From Eledone cirrhosa (Eukaryota), in contig OZ024741.1 in assembly GCA_964016885.1 (NCBI GenBank), positions 89,962,001-90,026,000 of the forward strand: a DNA stretch of 64,000 nucleotides, read 5' to 3'. A program made the position numbers and the translations under genes. Positions 26,063 through 39,022 of this stretch are shown piece after piece (the first letter of the stretch is position 1; each line of letters starts with the position of its first letter). Below the pieces are notes generated by a model. That model made no database searches. It saw only the letters and a program-made list of their open reading frames with translations, and was not told the origin of the DNA.

Positions 26063-26160
<98 letters not shown>

Positions 26161-26175
26161 GTGGTTACACAACAG

Positions 26176-27980
26176 CCTAAACTCCACCTATAAAAAGGCC
26201 AACCACTCTTGCATCGAGGACATAAATCGAGATGGACAACAAATCACCTCCAGCCTCGGGGTCGCCGACCGCACGGAACCTCTAGACCCACGGACACCAT
26301 ACTTCACACTGAAGGACCATAAATCCGATTTTGACCGTAAACCCTCTATCGGGCTTATTAATCCAACGAAGTCCGACATAGGGAGAATCAGCAAAAAAAT
26401 CCTAGACCGCGTGATACCAAAAGTCAAGCAACACACCCGACTTAGCCTATGGATCAACACCCAGGAAGTAATCTCCTGGTTCAGCAATATGGAGGATAAA
26501 CGAGAAACTAAATTCATACAGTTCGACATAGAGAGCTACTATGCTTCAATCACCTTACCGCTACTTACTGCCGCCTTGGACTTCGCCGAAACACTTGTGC
26601 CCATCACCGACCAGGAAAGAAAAATCATCCTCCACGCCAGGAAGACAGTCTTACTCTTTGACGACTCTAAATGGATAAAAAGAGCTCCCGACTCACCCTT
26701 CGACGTTAGCATGGGCGCCACGGATTCGGCGGAGGTCACAGATCTTATAGGATTATTCCTAATAGCCAAACTCACTGATATGTTTCCTGCATTCGGTGGT
26801 GGATTGTACCGTGATGATGGGCTCCTTACCCTTAAAGGGTACAACCCCAGTAGTACAGATCGGGTCCGGAAACAATTAATCAGATTCTTCCGCGACTGGG
26901 GATTTAAAATAACCCTACAAACGTCCCTGACCCGAGTAAACTTCCTGGACGTGACCCTCGACCTCGAAAACGACCTGTACTACCCATACAGGAAACCTAA
27001 TGACAATCTGCACTACATCCACCGCCGATCAAACCATCCTAGGAACATCACAAACAACCTGGTCAAAAACATCTCCCTCCGCATATCCCGTTTGTCAGCG
27101 GATATTCGATGAACATGCGCCTTATTACAACCAGGCCCTCAAGCGGAGTGGTTTCCGGGAGGAAATATCCTACTGTCCAGCTCCCATTAGCGGAACCAGC
27201 AGGAGACACCGCCGCTCACGCAATGTAACATGGTTCAATCCTCCCCACAACGCAGAGGTGACAACTCCCATCGGGAAACTATTCTTTAGGCTCATTGAAA
27301 AACACTTCCCATTACAACACCGCTACCACAACATAATTAACAAAAATACCATCAAACTCTCTTACAGCACTACACCAAACTTCGCACAAAACATCGTCTC
27401 CTCTAACAACAAAAAACTCAACCCCGATGGCAGAAATAACCTAAATAGCAGTGGAGAACCGACCAGGAGGTGTAACTGCCCGGATAGATCTATTTGCCCA
27501 CTCGACAATAGATGCAGAGACCGTAATGTGATCTACCAGTGCAACGTGAGGACGGATACCTCCAACAAAGCCTATATAGGACTTACCGCATGTGACTTCA
27601 AGACCCGGCTATACCAACATAGACATACCTTCCGAAACCCGGCCCGGCGTCACGCCACTACACTTTCGGGCCACATATGGGACCTCAAGGACAACAACAT
27701 CACCTATGATCTCACTTGGAGATTACTGTCCAGAGCCAATTCTTACACGGGAGGACGCCGTCCGTGCAATTTATGCTCGGAGGAAACTTTACAAATGCTG
27801 TTTTCGACGGACCAACTCCTAAACAAGAAAGATGAACTGGTCACTGCATGTAAACATAGATTGCGTAGGACTTACCTCGCCCTCAAACCCCATAATGACC
27901 CGGGGGGGGGGGGGGGGGGCTATAACACCCCACTTGCCGATTTTGCAATGGGTAACCCCTGCTTGCCAAGGAAGACGTAA
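26176..27980 (+). pseudogene. PLE reverse transcriptase/GIY-YIG ORF with a frameshift near 27100
   Basis: ORFs 26411..27112 (RT) and 27000..27980 (linker + endonuclease) join via a frameshift at RLSAD/IFDEH. Confidence 0.85.
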
Positions 27981-29008
27981 GATCTTCTTTGTATTCTTTT
28001 ATCGCTTCCTTTATTTCCTTCCCCCCTCTCTCCTTAGTCCTTCTACCCCAGCTCTTCTCCTTTGTCGGCGTCTTTTCTCGCCCACCCGAGGCTGCCCTTT
28101 GGCCCCATGTAGCCTTAGTACCCCCACCACCCCTCCCCTAGTCTATGATAGATTTGGCGGACTCCGCCCTTTATAGCAGTTGGCTTAGACCCCGGATACT
28201 TGCCCCCTTTTTCCGACCGCTCCCACTATTCTCTGTGCCCTCTATATTTTTTAGTGGCACTTATGCCTTATTTTTTCGTTTCAGTATTTCTTGCTTCGCT
28301 TTTCTTCTGGGCGGGGTGGATTCTGAATTTATTTCTCCGTATTCTACCTTTATTTCGTACGAACTTTCATGTAGCTTGTTTTAGATCTTTTAGAGTTAGC
28401 ATTAGTATATATTTTTCTCGGGACTCAGAATTATTATCTCGTACAAGTTCACTTTGCTGCACTGGGTCGTTGCTGGCCCGGGATGGAAACCTTTATTGTT
28501 TATTTCGTGGTAGTCTCTTTAGTATTTTGGCCCCTTTTGTTGACCCGTCACCGTATCATTTACGTACTTATACCTCTTAAAAGGGTCCTTGCCTATCTCG
28601 TCCCACCTTTCGTTATTTCTTTATTTATTTATTTCTTTACTTCTTTCTTTCTTTCTTTATTTTATTCTAGCCTAACAATAGCCTGAGACCTAGGTCGTAG
28701 AATTTAATTTACTTTACTTTTTTCTTTACACTTATTTGCTTTTCTTCACTCTCAGTATTTTTTCTTTCCTATATATTTCTACCCCCCATTGTTCTACCTA
28801 CCGTTCCGACTTCCTCCCCCTCCCCCTCCCCTGTATCTTCTTTGACCTCATGCCCAGCTGTAACTGGCACTACCAACGCTTGATTGGGTCTACTCCACCC
28901 CCTCCCCTCCTTCTCCTACTGGCAGGTTTAGCCACCATCGCCCCTACTAATTTGCAACCACAGAATTACTACTGATTTTTGACAATCACTTTGACCATAT
29001 ATGGAATT

Positions 29009-29102
29009 ACCCCTTGAGAAGATCGGCTATTTAAATACCAAGATAAATTTTCATTTAGTCCAGAATTAGCCGTCGAAACGGCTTGAGCTCAGCTGTCGGG
29101 GT
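29009..29102 (+). ncRNA. Hammerhead-like motif with non-canonical core at the PLE 3' end
   Basis: Stem I ACCCC/GGGGT; core reads TTGAGAAGA instead of CTGANGA; stem II CGGCTA/TAGCCG; GAAAC; stem III with palindromic loop TGAGCTCA; GTC site at 29095-29097. Confidence 0.5.
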
Positions 29103-29921
29103 CTTACTGGTTCCTATATATATATATATATATATAAGTACATATGTACAAAATAACAAAGACAAGTGTATATGTAGCAAAATCTCTTCGCGCATACTGA
29201 CCCCTAATGACATCTGGCTGCTATTTCTCTTTATTTCGGTTGGCGCCAGTGGTCTGGAGAGGCTGGCCAGCTTGAGGTGAAGTGAGATAAGTTTTTCTTT
29301 GGATCATTGGACTCTGGTTTTTCAGAAGAGAAGGATCACTTTGAGTTGTTCAAGCAAGTAGTGAGATGTAACACTTACAAAAAAGACCCCCCCCCCCCCC
29401 CCCAAAAAAAAAAATCTCCGGCCCCCTCGACAAGGGGCCGACAGCAATTCTTCCATCGGCACTTCAACCACACAGTCATCTGCCTCTTCATATCGACAAC
29501 ACATCTTCCTTACCATTGCAAGCTTACTACTATCGATGCTGGTATGTACTGTCTGACTACAACTTGTCACTTTTTAATGGAACATAGAATATTAAACAGA
29601 GACCTCCAGTACAACACAGAAGCCTTTTTGAATATTATATTTATTTGTGAATGCTACCAACACACTTTATATTTATGATTCGAAGTAATCATATTATTTT
29701 TCCTTGTTGCTGAAGTGAAGTAAATTATATATCTGATCAGAATTATTGGTATTTGTCGTGTTTATAATCCTCTTCCACAACAACAACCAAAAACATCGCT
29801 TCATGTAAGCACACACTCGCAAATAATAAAAACAAAATAGAAAAAGAATTCTTAAACGTCGGGCCCTGAATCTCTACTATCCCCAGTTCAAGTACTCTGC
29901 TTATTAGTTTAAAGTAGTATC

Positions 29922-29991
<70 letters not shown>

Positions 29992-29993
<2 letters not shown>

Positions 29994-30200
29994 CGAAGGA
30001 AGTGTGGTAAGGAACCAGATGGACCATAACGCACCAGAGTACTCAATACTTAAGGTGGTAGAATGGGTAATAGGAAAATGTTTAACCTCGACGGCAGAGC
30101 TCAAGCCGTTTCGACGGGTCCAGAAATAGCCGTTTCGACGGCTATTTCTGGACCCGTCGAAACGGCTTGAGCTCTGCCGTCGGGGTTAAACATTTTCCTA
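29992..30200. mobile_element. PLE-end-derived 130-bp palindrome plus tail, adjoining (TA)n
   Basis: 30071-30200 is a hairpin with a TTCG loop at 30134-30137 and one mismatch. The sequence is homologous to 29058-29116. Confidence 0.75.
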
Positions 30201-30286
30201 AATATAACATTTTGTGGTGATGAAAAACAATTATAATATGTTTGAAAATGTTAGATGCGCCCTTCATACACGCTTTTTTCTTACCG

Positions 30287-30317
<31 letters not shown>

Positions 30318-30324
30318 TATTACA

Positions 30325-30380
<56 letters not shown>

Positions 30381-31149
30381 TATAAAGGTCGTCTAGAGAT
30401 TAGACAAATACCAATTGTGTTCTAAATAGCTTCATTTATATTCAATAGAAGAACAAAACGCCACCCACACATACAGCATTGATAAAAAAAAAAAGCTAAG
30501 GCTGTAGCTCTCATTTTATTAAAGTTTGCATATCACGAGTGTTTGAATGCGGCAATTAATTCTATAGTCGTCCAAAAACACTGCAAACCACCCCGAACAT
30601 ATTTCTGAGTAGAAAAGATCAGAGCAAAGTACAGCCACTTGGTGGGACGTTTATTTAAAAATATTTATTGTTAGAATTATATTTTGGAGGTTGCATATAT
30701 ATTATGGTTACTGGCGAGGAATAACTAAGTTGACCATCTCGTTCTACTTAATACGGGAGGCTGTTTTCATTGATATGTATTAAGAAATTCATTGTTACAC
30801 ACAAGGACCTTGTTTCAGTGGGGTACCAGAGGGCAAGTCCCCCCACCACTTTTTCAAAAGTCTATGTTTTATTTTATTTTTGCCGGATGGCTGGAACGGA
30901 TAAAAGAATAAAAGAGTATAATAAATTCTTTTTAAGCTTATTTTTTATATCTGAACTTTATTTTAATATATAAAATTTAGCGTAAAATTTTATTTATGTG
31001 ATAGGGTCCGGGTAAGGCACCATAAGCAATTTATGCTCCTTTAAGAATCAACAAATGTTGATTTGTCCTCCTCATATTCTTAAGACAAACGAGGACCCTG
31101 GTTACACACATATACATATATACACACACAACTATACTTACTACTTATG

Positions 31150-32652
31150 TGTTGCTGTTGGATCTCAGTCGTTTTCCGACGATGAGTGCTCCAGTTGCCT
31201 GTTCGTGAAATGAATGTGCAACTGGCAGATCATTCCAGACATGCGCACCCTTAACGCAGTTATCAGGGAAGTTCAGCTGTGCGGAACTCATCTGCAATGT
31301 CAGTTTCGACAGCGCAGGCTGGTAACAGGCGACACTCACAGCGAGGTTCGGTGGCCTCGGCCTCAGATCAGCTTCAGAAGCTTTACCTGCCTACTTCTCC
31401 TCTTGTCGCGTTCACGTTAGCGAAGTTTTCAGCCAGACGGCCGAACCTGACCTGGCCCCGGGATGGAACAAGCTCTGGCCAGCTGGACAGGCGAAGGCCT
31501 CTCTATCCCCCAGTATACCATGGTCTAACGTAACAGGGACGGCATCAATTGCAGGTCTTCTGTCAGGCGGATAGAGTCCGGCTTGGACCAACACCGCCTC
31601 GCCTGCCTCCGCTCCGCGTGGCTCAATTCGGTGACCTCCTCATCAACTGGTGCCCTACTTGATGATGAGTGCACTCACATCAGAGTAGCCCAACGCATTG
31701 GTCTCCGCGTGTGTGACCCACATAAATGCCGCTGCGGAGCGGTTGTTGACAAGTTCGGCCTGCACCCTCTGTCTTGCTGCCAGAGCGCAGGCCTGTTCCC
31801 CCGACACGCCGCTCTCAACGACATGTTGAGAAGAAGCCTGGACGCATCTGGCTTTCCATATCAACTGGAGCCAACAGGCCTAGACCGTGGAGATGGCAAG
31901 CGCCCCGACGGAATCACCCTCTTCCCATTCTAAGATCCCTCATCTGGGACGCCACCTGCTGCGACACGTTCTCCACCTCCAACTTAGTCGCTTCGGCCAC
32001 AAACCCCGGCATCGCAGAAGAACGTAAAATAAACAAATAATTGTTTCTACTTTTGGCACAAGGTCAGCAATTATCCCAGTGTATTACTGGTACTTTATTT
32101 TATCGACCTCGTAAGGATGAAAGACAAAGTTAACCTCGGCGGGATTTGAACTCAGACCAGAAAGGGCCGTAACTCTTTGCTGCAAAGCATGGCGTCCGAC
32201 CCTCTACTTGATACTGCCAATCCACCGCCCTAAAATAAACAAATAATGGGGGTTGTCCGGCCACTTCCTCTTCGCCGTCGAGACCTCGGGCGTACTTGGA
32301 CCCCATACTGCCGAGTTCCTCTACAAGATCGGAGCGGCAGCGGCCCGTCTGAGGAGGGAGCACCGCGAGGTTGGGTAGCTGTTGCAGCGGGTGGCACTGG
32401 CCATCGTCTGGGGGAATGCTTATGCCATCTTGTCAGCGGGGTGAAGCACTCCTACCCCCCTTGCCCAATCACCCTCCTCCTTCCCCTGCGACACCAGATC
32501 TCTTGCCATACCCCCCCCCCCCCCCCTTTCCCGTTCTTCTTTCTTTCTCTCTTTTTTTCTTCTATATTTCCCTATTCTTTCTTTCCCTTTGTTTCCCCTT
32601 TTTTTATTTTTTATTACTAATAAGGTTTGTTTTTTTTTGCTTTTGAATAAAT
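31150..32652 (+). mobile_element. CRE-clade non-LTR retrotransposon 3' part (restriction-like endonuclease), degenerate
   Basis: RFGGLGLRSAS; CRCG...GLHPLSC...RHAALND; RGDGKRPDGITLFPF; LIWDATC; AVETSGVLG; LQRVALAIVWGNA; AATAAA at ~32646. Confidence 0.85.
32037..32230 (-). mobile_element. Major SINE inserted in the CRE element, 17-bp TSD
   Basis: TAAAATAAACAAATAAT at 32025-32041 and 32231-32247. Confidence 0.9.
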
Positions 32653-32929
32653 TTTACACTTTGTTAACAAAAATGTTTCAACATAAAGAAAGAACATTCA
32701 ATGAAAATTACGAGGTTGACCCCTTGAATAATAGGTAAAAGTGGACTGGATCAACGTGAAATAAAGCGTCTTACGATCGTAAGCTGAATCGACAGAGGTT
32801 CAACCACTACCACACACACTTACAGTTCCCTCTTTCATTCACTTGAATGTATTTTAGTTACTGCACAACCAAACATTGTTTTCAGTTTTCAATTACTATA
32901 TATAGTTAATATGTATTTGAAGTTTATAA

Positions 32930-33029
<100 letters not shown>

Positions 33030-33392
33030 AAACGATACAAATAGAATGAAGGAGCAGACGACTCAACGGAGTAAACAAACAGTGAAAAAAGAAGACAAGT
33101 GGTAGAGAAAAATATGTACAAAAATGTAAACTGTGTACAATGAAAATATTCACACCAATGGAAAGCTGAAAAAGAGAAGGATCTGACGTTTCGAGTTAAA
33201 CCCTTTATCGAAGTAGAGTAAAAGAAGAAAAAAGATGAGGATGAAATAAGATAAGTGTTAGAACGCTACCAAGCTGGAGAACAGATGTGGTTCAAACGGA
33301 TACATCCTGTTGAGTTTTACATGTAATCAACTATTTTCAATAAATGTATATTGCCGTACATGTGTGAAGCACATACATACAATACTTAAATA

Positions 33393-33805
33393 CATCATCA
33401 TCATCGTTTTTATGTTCGCTTTTCCATGGTTGCATGAGTTGGACAGGCCTTTCTCAATATGGCATATCTCCATTTGTCACGTTCTTTCATCTCCTTTTCC
33501 AGTCTTAACGATTTGAGGTCAGCACTCACAACCTCTTCTGAGCAGGTCTTTCTTGGTCGTCCTCAACTGCAACTTCCTTCCACTGGTATTTCTTCACCCA
33601 TTGGTCATTGACCCATACCAACGCTGTCTTCTCTCCTGCACACCATCTCGGATTACCCTTAAATCCAGCTTCTCCCTCAGTTCACCCAACCTCTACCTTT
33701 CTCTCACATTTACATTGCACATCCAACGAAACATGGTTGCTTCATATCTCACTAGCCTACTCATGTCCTCTGCAGTCACCGCTCATGTTTCACTACCATG
33801 CAGCC
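33393..33805 (-). mobile_element. Degenerate RTE-clade LINE 3' fragment with (GAT)n tail
   Basis: The minus strand reads LHGSET*AVTAEDM...RWMCNVNVRE...QERRQRWYG; same family as 40790-41978. Confidence 0.7.
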
Positions 33806-35590
33806 TTCCTTTTGTACATTTTATCAAACTAAATTAAAACTTCATATTTTTTTTCCATGTCAACTTCAGTTTTTCTCTGCTAATGGAACCTTCCAATATC
33901 AGCACATATGCATACTATTGTCTCTCATAGATACCTGTCAATTTTCCTAATGTCCAGTTGACTTATAATCTCACTTTGCGATCTGTCTTTCATATGATTT
34001 AATGTTCTACATCCAATGGAACATACTCAACTCATTTCTCTACTGTCACCACCTTATGCCTGATACAGCACTGCTTTCCTACCAGTTCCACATATTAAGT
34101 AAGGCCATTTCTGTGATACTAATTTTTTATGATTTGTCACTAATTAATAGTACTTTGGCTTTGACTACCTGAACTCTTAGGCCTTTAGGCTCTAGACCAT
34201 CAGCCATGGACAACTGCAGCCTGTTTGGCTTTCTGAATGGAATGCCTAATGAAAAATTACCTTAAATTTTATTTAGTAGTGAAGCCCAGCTTATGATGAT
34301 CATATCTAATGTGGTCCACTGCTTGAAAAAGGTTGCCTATGTCTGCTCTAGACTATTTTTCCAGATTTGAAACCTTTTTTTTTCAATTCTTCATCAGATT
34401 CTTAAATAAGAATCAACATATCGCTAGCATATGAAAGTCCACAGGTATATTCAATATCTTTCATTATAATGCAGCTAAGATGAATAAGAAAAGAGGATCA
34501 CATTTAGTAAACACATGTCATAGCAAAGATTAGTCAGAAAATATCTCATCCACGAAACAATTAATAACCATCTCTAAAGATCATCAATGGAGTAGTTTTC
34601 ACATCTGGGACAGTGTTGCTGCTACACACAGGCCTCCTTAAACACAACTAAAGAAAAGTCTCCCAACTGATTGGCATGAAGTTGCTCACTTATACACTCC
34701 AACTTATGACCCAAAGATGTCTTATTTAATCTTTTTGTTTTTTCAGTAGAGGAAGACCATGAAAAACATAGGTGGAGGTGGTGAGAGCTGACCTCAGATT
34801 GCTGAAGCTCACAGAAGAGGTGATAAAGGACCATAACGAATAGAGAGATGCTGTGCTGAAAAGGACCCGTCCCACCCTTGCAAGCAAGGAAAAGCGGACG
34901 TAAAATGATGATGATGATGATGATGATTAAAGTGGCCTCTGCTCCACAGAACTGGTTAGTTTCATGCAACCGCAACTCAGGAACTTATAACTCACTCATC
35001 ATCCATACCATGTACCCATTATATCACTTTTCTAGTTTCACCACGCGAGAGCACACTTTGTGTTCTAAGTTCAGTTTTTTCCCTCTTAATTAAATTCCCA
35101 TTGATAGTAAGATTATTTATGAAGTACTGGCATCAAATCAACTATATAAAAAACATTTCCTATAAATCTCCAATAAGCTCACAAAATCTAATGTGGTGTG
35201 AGTTCAAAAGAATCTTAGGCATCTGGAGGACTTTCATTTTTAGTAATCTTCATGTCTTTCATCACCTTTATCGTTTAACGTCTATTTTCCATGCTTGCAT
35301 AGATTAGATGGGTTGTCACATGTTAAATCTGCTCCTAAACTCCATTTTGGCTTGGTTTCTATGGCTGGCTGCCCTTCCTAATAACCACTTTACAGCATGT
35401 ACGGTATTAACAAGGCAGGTGAACCAATTCCAGATTTGTATCAATGTGAACTGTGTTTAAGAACTTATGGCTGTACAATATGTCATTCTTCTGACTAAGT
35501 ACAAAAAACATTTCTAAAGAGGAGCTACATATTTACATCTCTTTTTCTTAGTAAGTATAAAAGATATGGTTTCATTATTATGTAGATTGA

Positions 35591-35690
35591 GGTTCACTTT
35601 GCCTTTCATCCTTACGGGGTCGATAAAATAAAGTACCAGTAATATACTGGCTAATTGCTGGCCTTGTGCCAAAAAAGTAGAAACAATTAT
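35591..35690 (+). mobile_element. 5'-truncated major SINE with 17-bp TSD
   Basis: ATTATTATGTAGATTGA at 35574-35590 and 35686-35702. Confidence 0.85.
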
Positions 35691-36206
35691 TATGTAGATT
35701 GAACAATGTCATACAGATAGTTGGTTGCTGCTGTTCTTTATAGCCAGGTCAGCTCTGATCAAGCAGACCTATGATAAAAACTATTCCAACAAAAACGATC
35801 TTGGTTTTTTTTCCTGTCTGTATGGAACTTAGGACTACATTATTCAATGTGTCCTTTTCTGAGATGGTGAAGTATGATTAGAGGGTGATTTAGTTGTTAT
35901 TTCAAGGTAACTCAAACATGTAGAAATACCTTCATTAACTCAGGCATCAGAGGGAGGTCACTCCATGTGTATATAATCAGTAATATGATCATCCAGCAAC
36001 TACTTGTTGGAATAAACAGGAACAATTCATAGATGTATAATTCCATATATAGAACGACTCATGCTTATCTGAGCACCACTGTACATTCTGACAATTGTAT
36101 GCCATAAAATATCTCTCAAGCCACACCTTATCCTTGATCCAGTTTGCATTGACAATATAGTGTTTTGAAGGGGGAATAACATTTTATGCTCATTAAAAAG
36201 ATATAG

Positions 36207-36470
36207 TGGAGAAGCATGGTAGGGGTGTTGAACTTACAATCATAATGTCATGGGTTTGATTCCTGGGCGAGGTTGTGTGTTGTGTTCTTGAGCAAAACAT
36301 TTCATTTAACGTTGCTCCAGTATACTCAGCTGAAAACGAGTACCAGCAACAGCTGGGGGAAAGGGGGGCGGGGTTAAACCTTGCGATGGACTGGCGTCTT
36401 GTCCAGGTGGGAGTCATGTACTCTCAGTTGCTTCACACCATGAAACCGGGAAAAGCACCAGCCTGACAAA
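36207..36470 (+). mobile_element. Third tRNA-derived SINE family (CORE-like body)
   Basis: GGGTTTGATTCCTGG B-box, then TGTGTTCTTGAGCAAAACATTTCA and CTTGCGATGGACTGGCGTCTTGTCCAGG. Confidence 0.55.
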
Positions 36471-38918
36471 CTTTAGAATTAGAGATTAAGAAGATATTCT
36501 TTACATATCAAGTTATAGTCAATATAATCCTAGATACACTATGCTCGACTCCCCCCCACCAAAGATGACGATCATGGTTTGAATGTCTTTGATCACAGAT
36601 CTACACAATCAGGACTGGCAAACAAAACTAAACAATTGTAAATGATAAATATGCTATGTTAGTCAGGCAAATTAAGTTAGAGTTATGCCCCTTGTACAAG
36701 ATACACAAGCAATACTGCTAAGATTAAATAGAAGCTGAAGTTTAGAAATAAGACCAAAATATTGTGTAGTTGTGGATGAGAACAGGCTAGGAAGAGTATC
36801 CAATAATATATATAGTGTTATAGTTTATAAGAAGCATTGTGAGATATGTAATTAAAAATGTTTTGGGGAAAGCTGGTACAATACAAATAGGAAATATAAA
36901 GTAAGAATGACAAAACAAAGCATATGTTTTCCTTATATTTCATATATTGAGGTTAGAACCTCTTTTTAAACAAAGAAAAATAAAAACTATTCTTTGTTGC
37001 ATGACAGACCATTGGTGGAAATGTGACAGATCTATCACAATAGTCAGTTGGCATCATGTAGATCAGTTCTGTTAATACTTGGTTTATATGTTGTTAAGAA
37101 AGGCCTATTTGACCTACAAATTATCAATCTTCCTCTCAGTTGATTCTACTTTGACTTCAATATCTCATACAAACAAGACACTGATTTTTCTTCATTTGAA
37201 AAAAGTATCTAACAGCAAAATATTATGAAACCTAAGGTAAAACTTGTTTTGTCGTTCTTACTTTACTGTAATTCCATTATATTTCTTATTCACATTGTAC
37301 TGGCTTTCCTAATTACACAAACAGATATATAAATTAACCTTTACCATACTTTCATATTACTGAAGTCTTATTCATAATGATGTAACTATAATGATATGTA
37401 GTTGATATGATAATAGTTAAAACTAATTAATGTGTCAATCATACAACTGTAGCTTTTAATCATTGACAGAGAAAATAATAATTAGGAAAATGGATTGGTA
37501 ACATTGTTTTCACAACTATTTTTTTTAACAGAGGAGTTAACTGAGCTTTTATAAGGTTACTGAAACTGCTAGACATATCTATATCTCACTCACTACCTAC
37601 CATGGCTAAAATGCTTTCTATTACAGGTCTGTAAGATAAAATATAAGATTGGGCGGGGTGCAATAACAAGGTAGTTAACTCCAACAATTTGTTTTTTACT
37701 CCTATTAAGTTCTTTGTCTACAATACGAGATGCTTTTCCATGTGAAGTTACAAGATTGGCAAATCATGAGAGTGTGGCATTCATTCTGACTTCCTTCTAA
37801 TTTGAATTGAAATGTTGCCGAGGTCACCTTTGCTTTTCTTCTTTTAGAGGTTGATAAATAAAGCATGATCCAGTGGAGTGGCAGAATTGTTAGAGCATTG
37901 GATTAGGTACCTTGTTGTATCTGTTCTGAGTTTAAATCCTGTTGCCTATCAATGAAAAAAACCCTGACATGATAAGACAGGGACCATATCATAAAAATAT
38001 CTAAGAAACTTCCTATAGTGCAAGGCCTGGTGATTAGGACATGTTCCTGATGCAGACCTGTCATTAAAACACCAGAGAAACCCCCGTAAGAATGAGATGC
38101 AACCTCATAGGAGATCAGTTAATCTTGCATGGGTCTGAGCTTTAAGTTTCTTTTTCATTTTTTTTCTCAATGAAATGTAACCTCATAGCAGGTCAGCTAA
38201 ATCTGCAATGTGTAAGCCAGAGCAACATAAGAATTACAAGTTAAAAAGCATCACAGTTTGATGGTGGAAGGTGCAGAGAAAAACAATGAGAGTGATAAGA
38301 TAACATCTAAAATTGCACTGCATTTCAGAGTAAATTTGGATGTGTTGCAAATCTGTTCAACACAAGGAGAAAACTATGATGATGATGATAATGACAACCA
38401 TATGAAACAGAAAAAAGTGAAGATAAAGACTGAAGCCATTTCTTTGAACATAAATATAATTCAATTTTTCCTAAACAGACAATTTCTCTGAATTTGTTTT
38501 ATCCTTTATTCCCCTCCTTCTAGTTAAGAAAGTATGGAATCTACAAAGGAATAGAGTACCTGCACTGCATTACAGAAGGGTTTGTGATAGTTTTTTTTCT
38601 TTATTCTTTAAAGGGTGAGTTTTTGTACCTTTTTATCATATTCCAATTCGAAAGCAATATTTTTCAGTTAGCAATTCCAACATGATTGTACTCCCTGTGA
38701 GTATTCTTCAGTGAATAATCAGCTTTTTTGTTTTTGTTTTCTTTTTTAGTTTGGTTTGCTTGGTGGCTGCTTCTTTGTCTTTTGGAGTTTCATTATTTCT
38801 ATTTGGGCAAGCACAAAATGGTTCAGGTTATGTGTGTGTGTGTGTATGTGTATATATATATATATATATATAAATATATATATATAACCATAAAAGAAAA
38901 TCAACTAAACTATGTCAG

Positions 38919-39022
38919 CTAGCTTCCTTTGACTGCAGCCACAGCTTCAGTAACAGCCATCTTGCTATAAAACTTTACATTACCGGGTATATTAGCAATA
39001 AAACTGAACACTGTTTGGACAC
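38919..39022 (-). CDS. MICOS13: MICOS complex subunit MIC13 (QIL1), exon 4 (last coding)
   Basis: Acceptor TTCTCTTCTACAG|GT; encodes (G)VQTVFSFIANIPGNVKFYSKMAVTEAVAAVKGS*; phase matches exon 3. Confidence 0.85.

Larger units (their letters stand above)
25246..26067. mobile_element. Non-coding PLE-derived element with ~345-bp inverted arms, each carrying a hammerhead ribozyme; flanked by (TA)n
   Basis: Arms 25310-25658 / 25729-26067 are near-perfect reverse complements, with a 70-nt spacer and a 64-nt tail at 25246-25309. Confidence 0.8.
26176..29116 (+). mobile_element. 5'-truncated Penelope-like retroelement (probably Naiad-like), RT + GIY-YIG, inserted in (TA)n
   Basis: RT motifs QFDIESYY, MGA, LYRDDGL, NFLDVTL; then WFNPP, CNCxxxxxCPLxxxC, IYQC...YIGLT...FKTR, CNLC..E. 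Long pyrimidine-rich 3' region ending in a hammerhead-like pseudo-LTR (pLTR) end; (TA)n on both sides. Confidence 0.92.

Noticed and set aside
27000-27980. Selenocysteine recoding, as reported for some Naiad PLEs
   Set aside because: The conserved Cys positions are ordinary TGT/TGC here and in the 571-1135 copy; no in-frame TGA.
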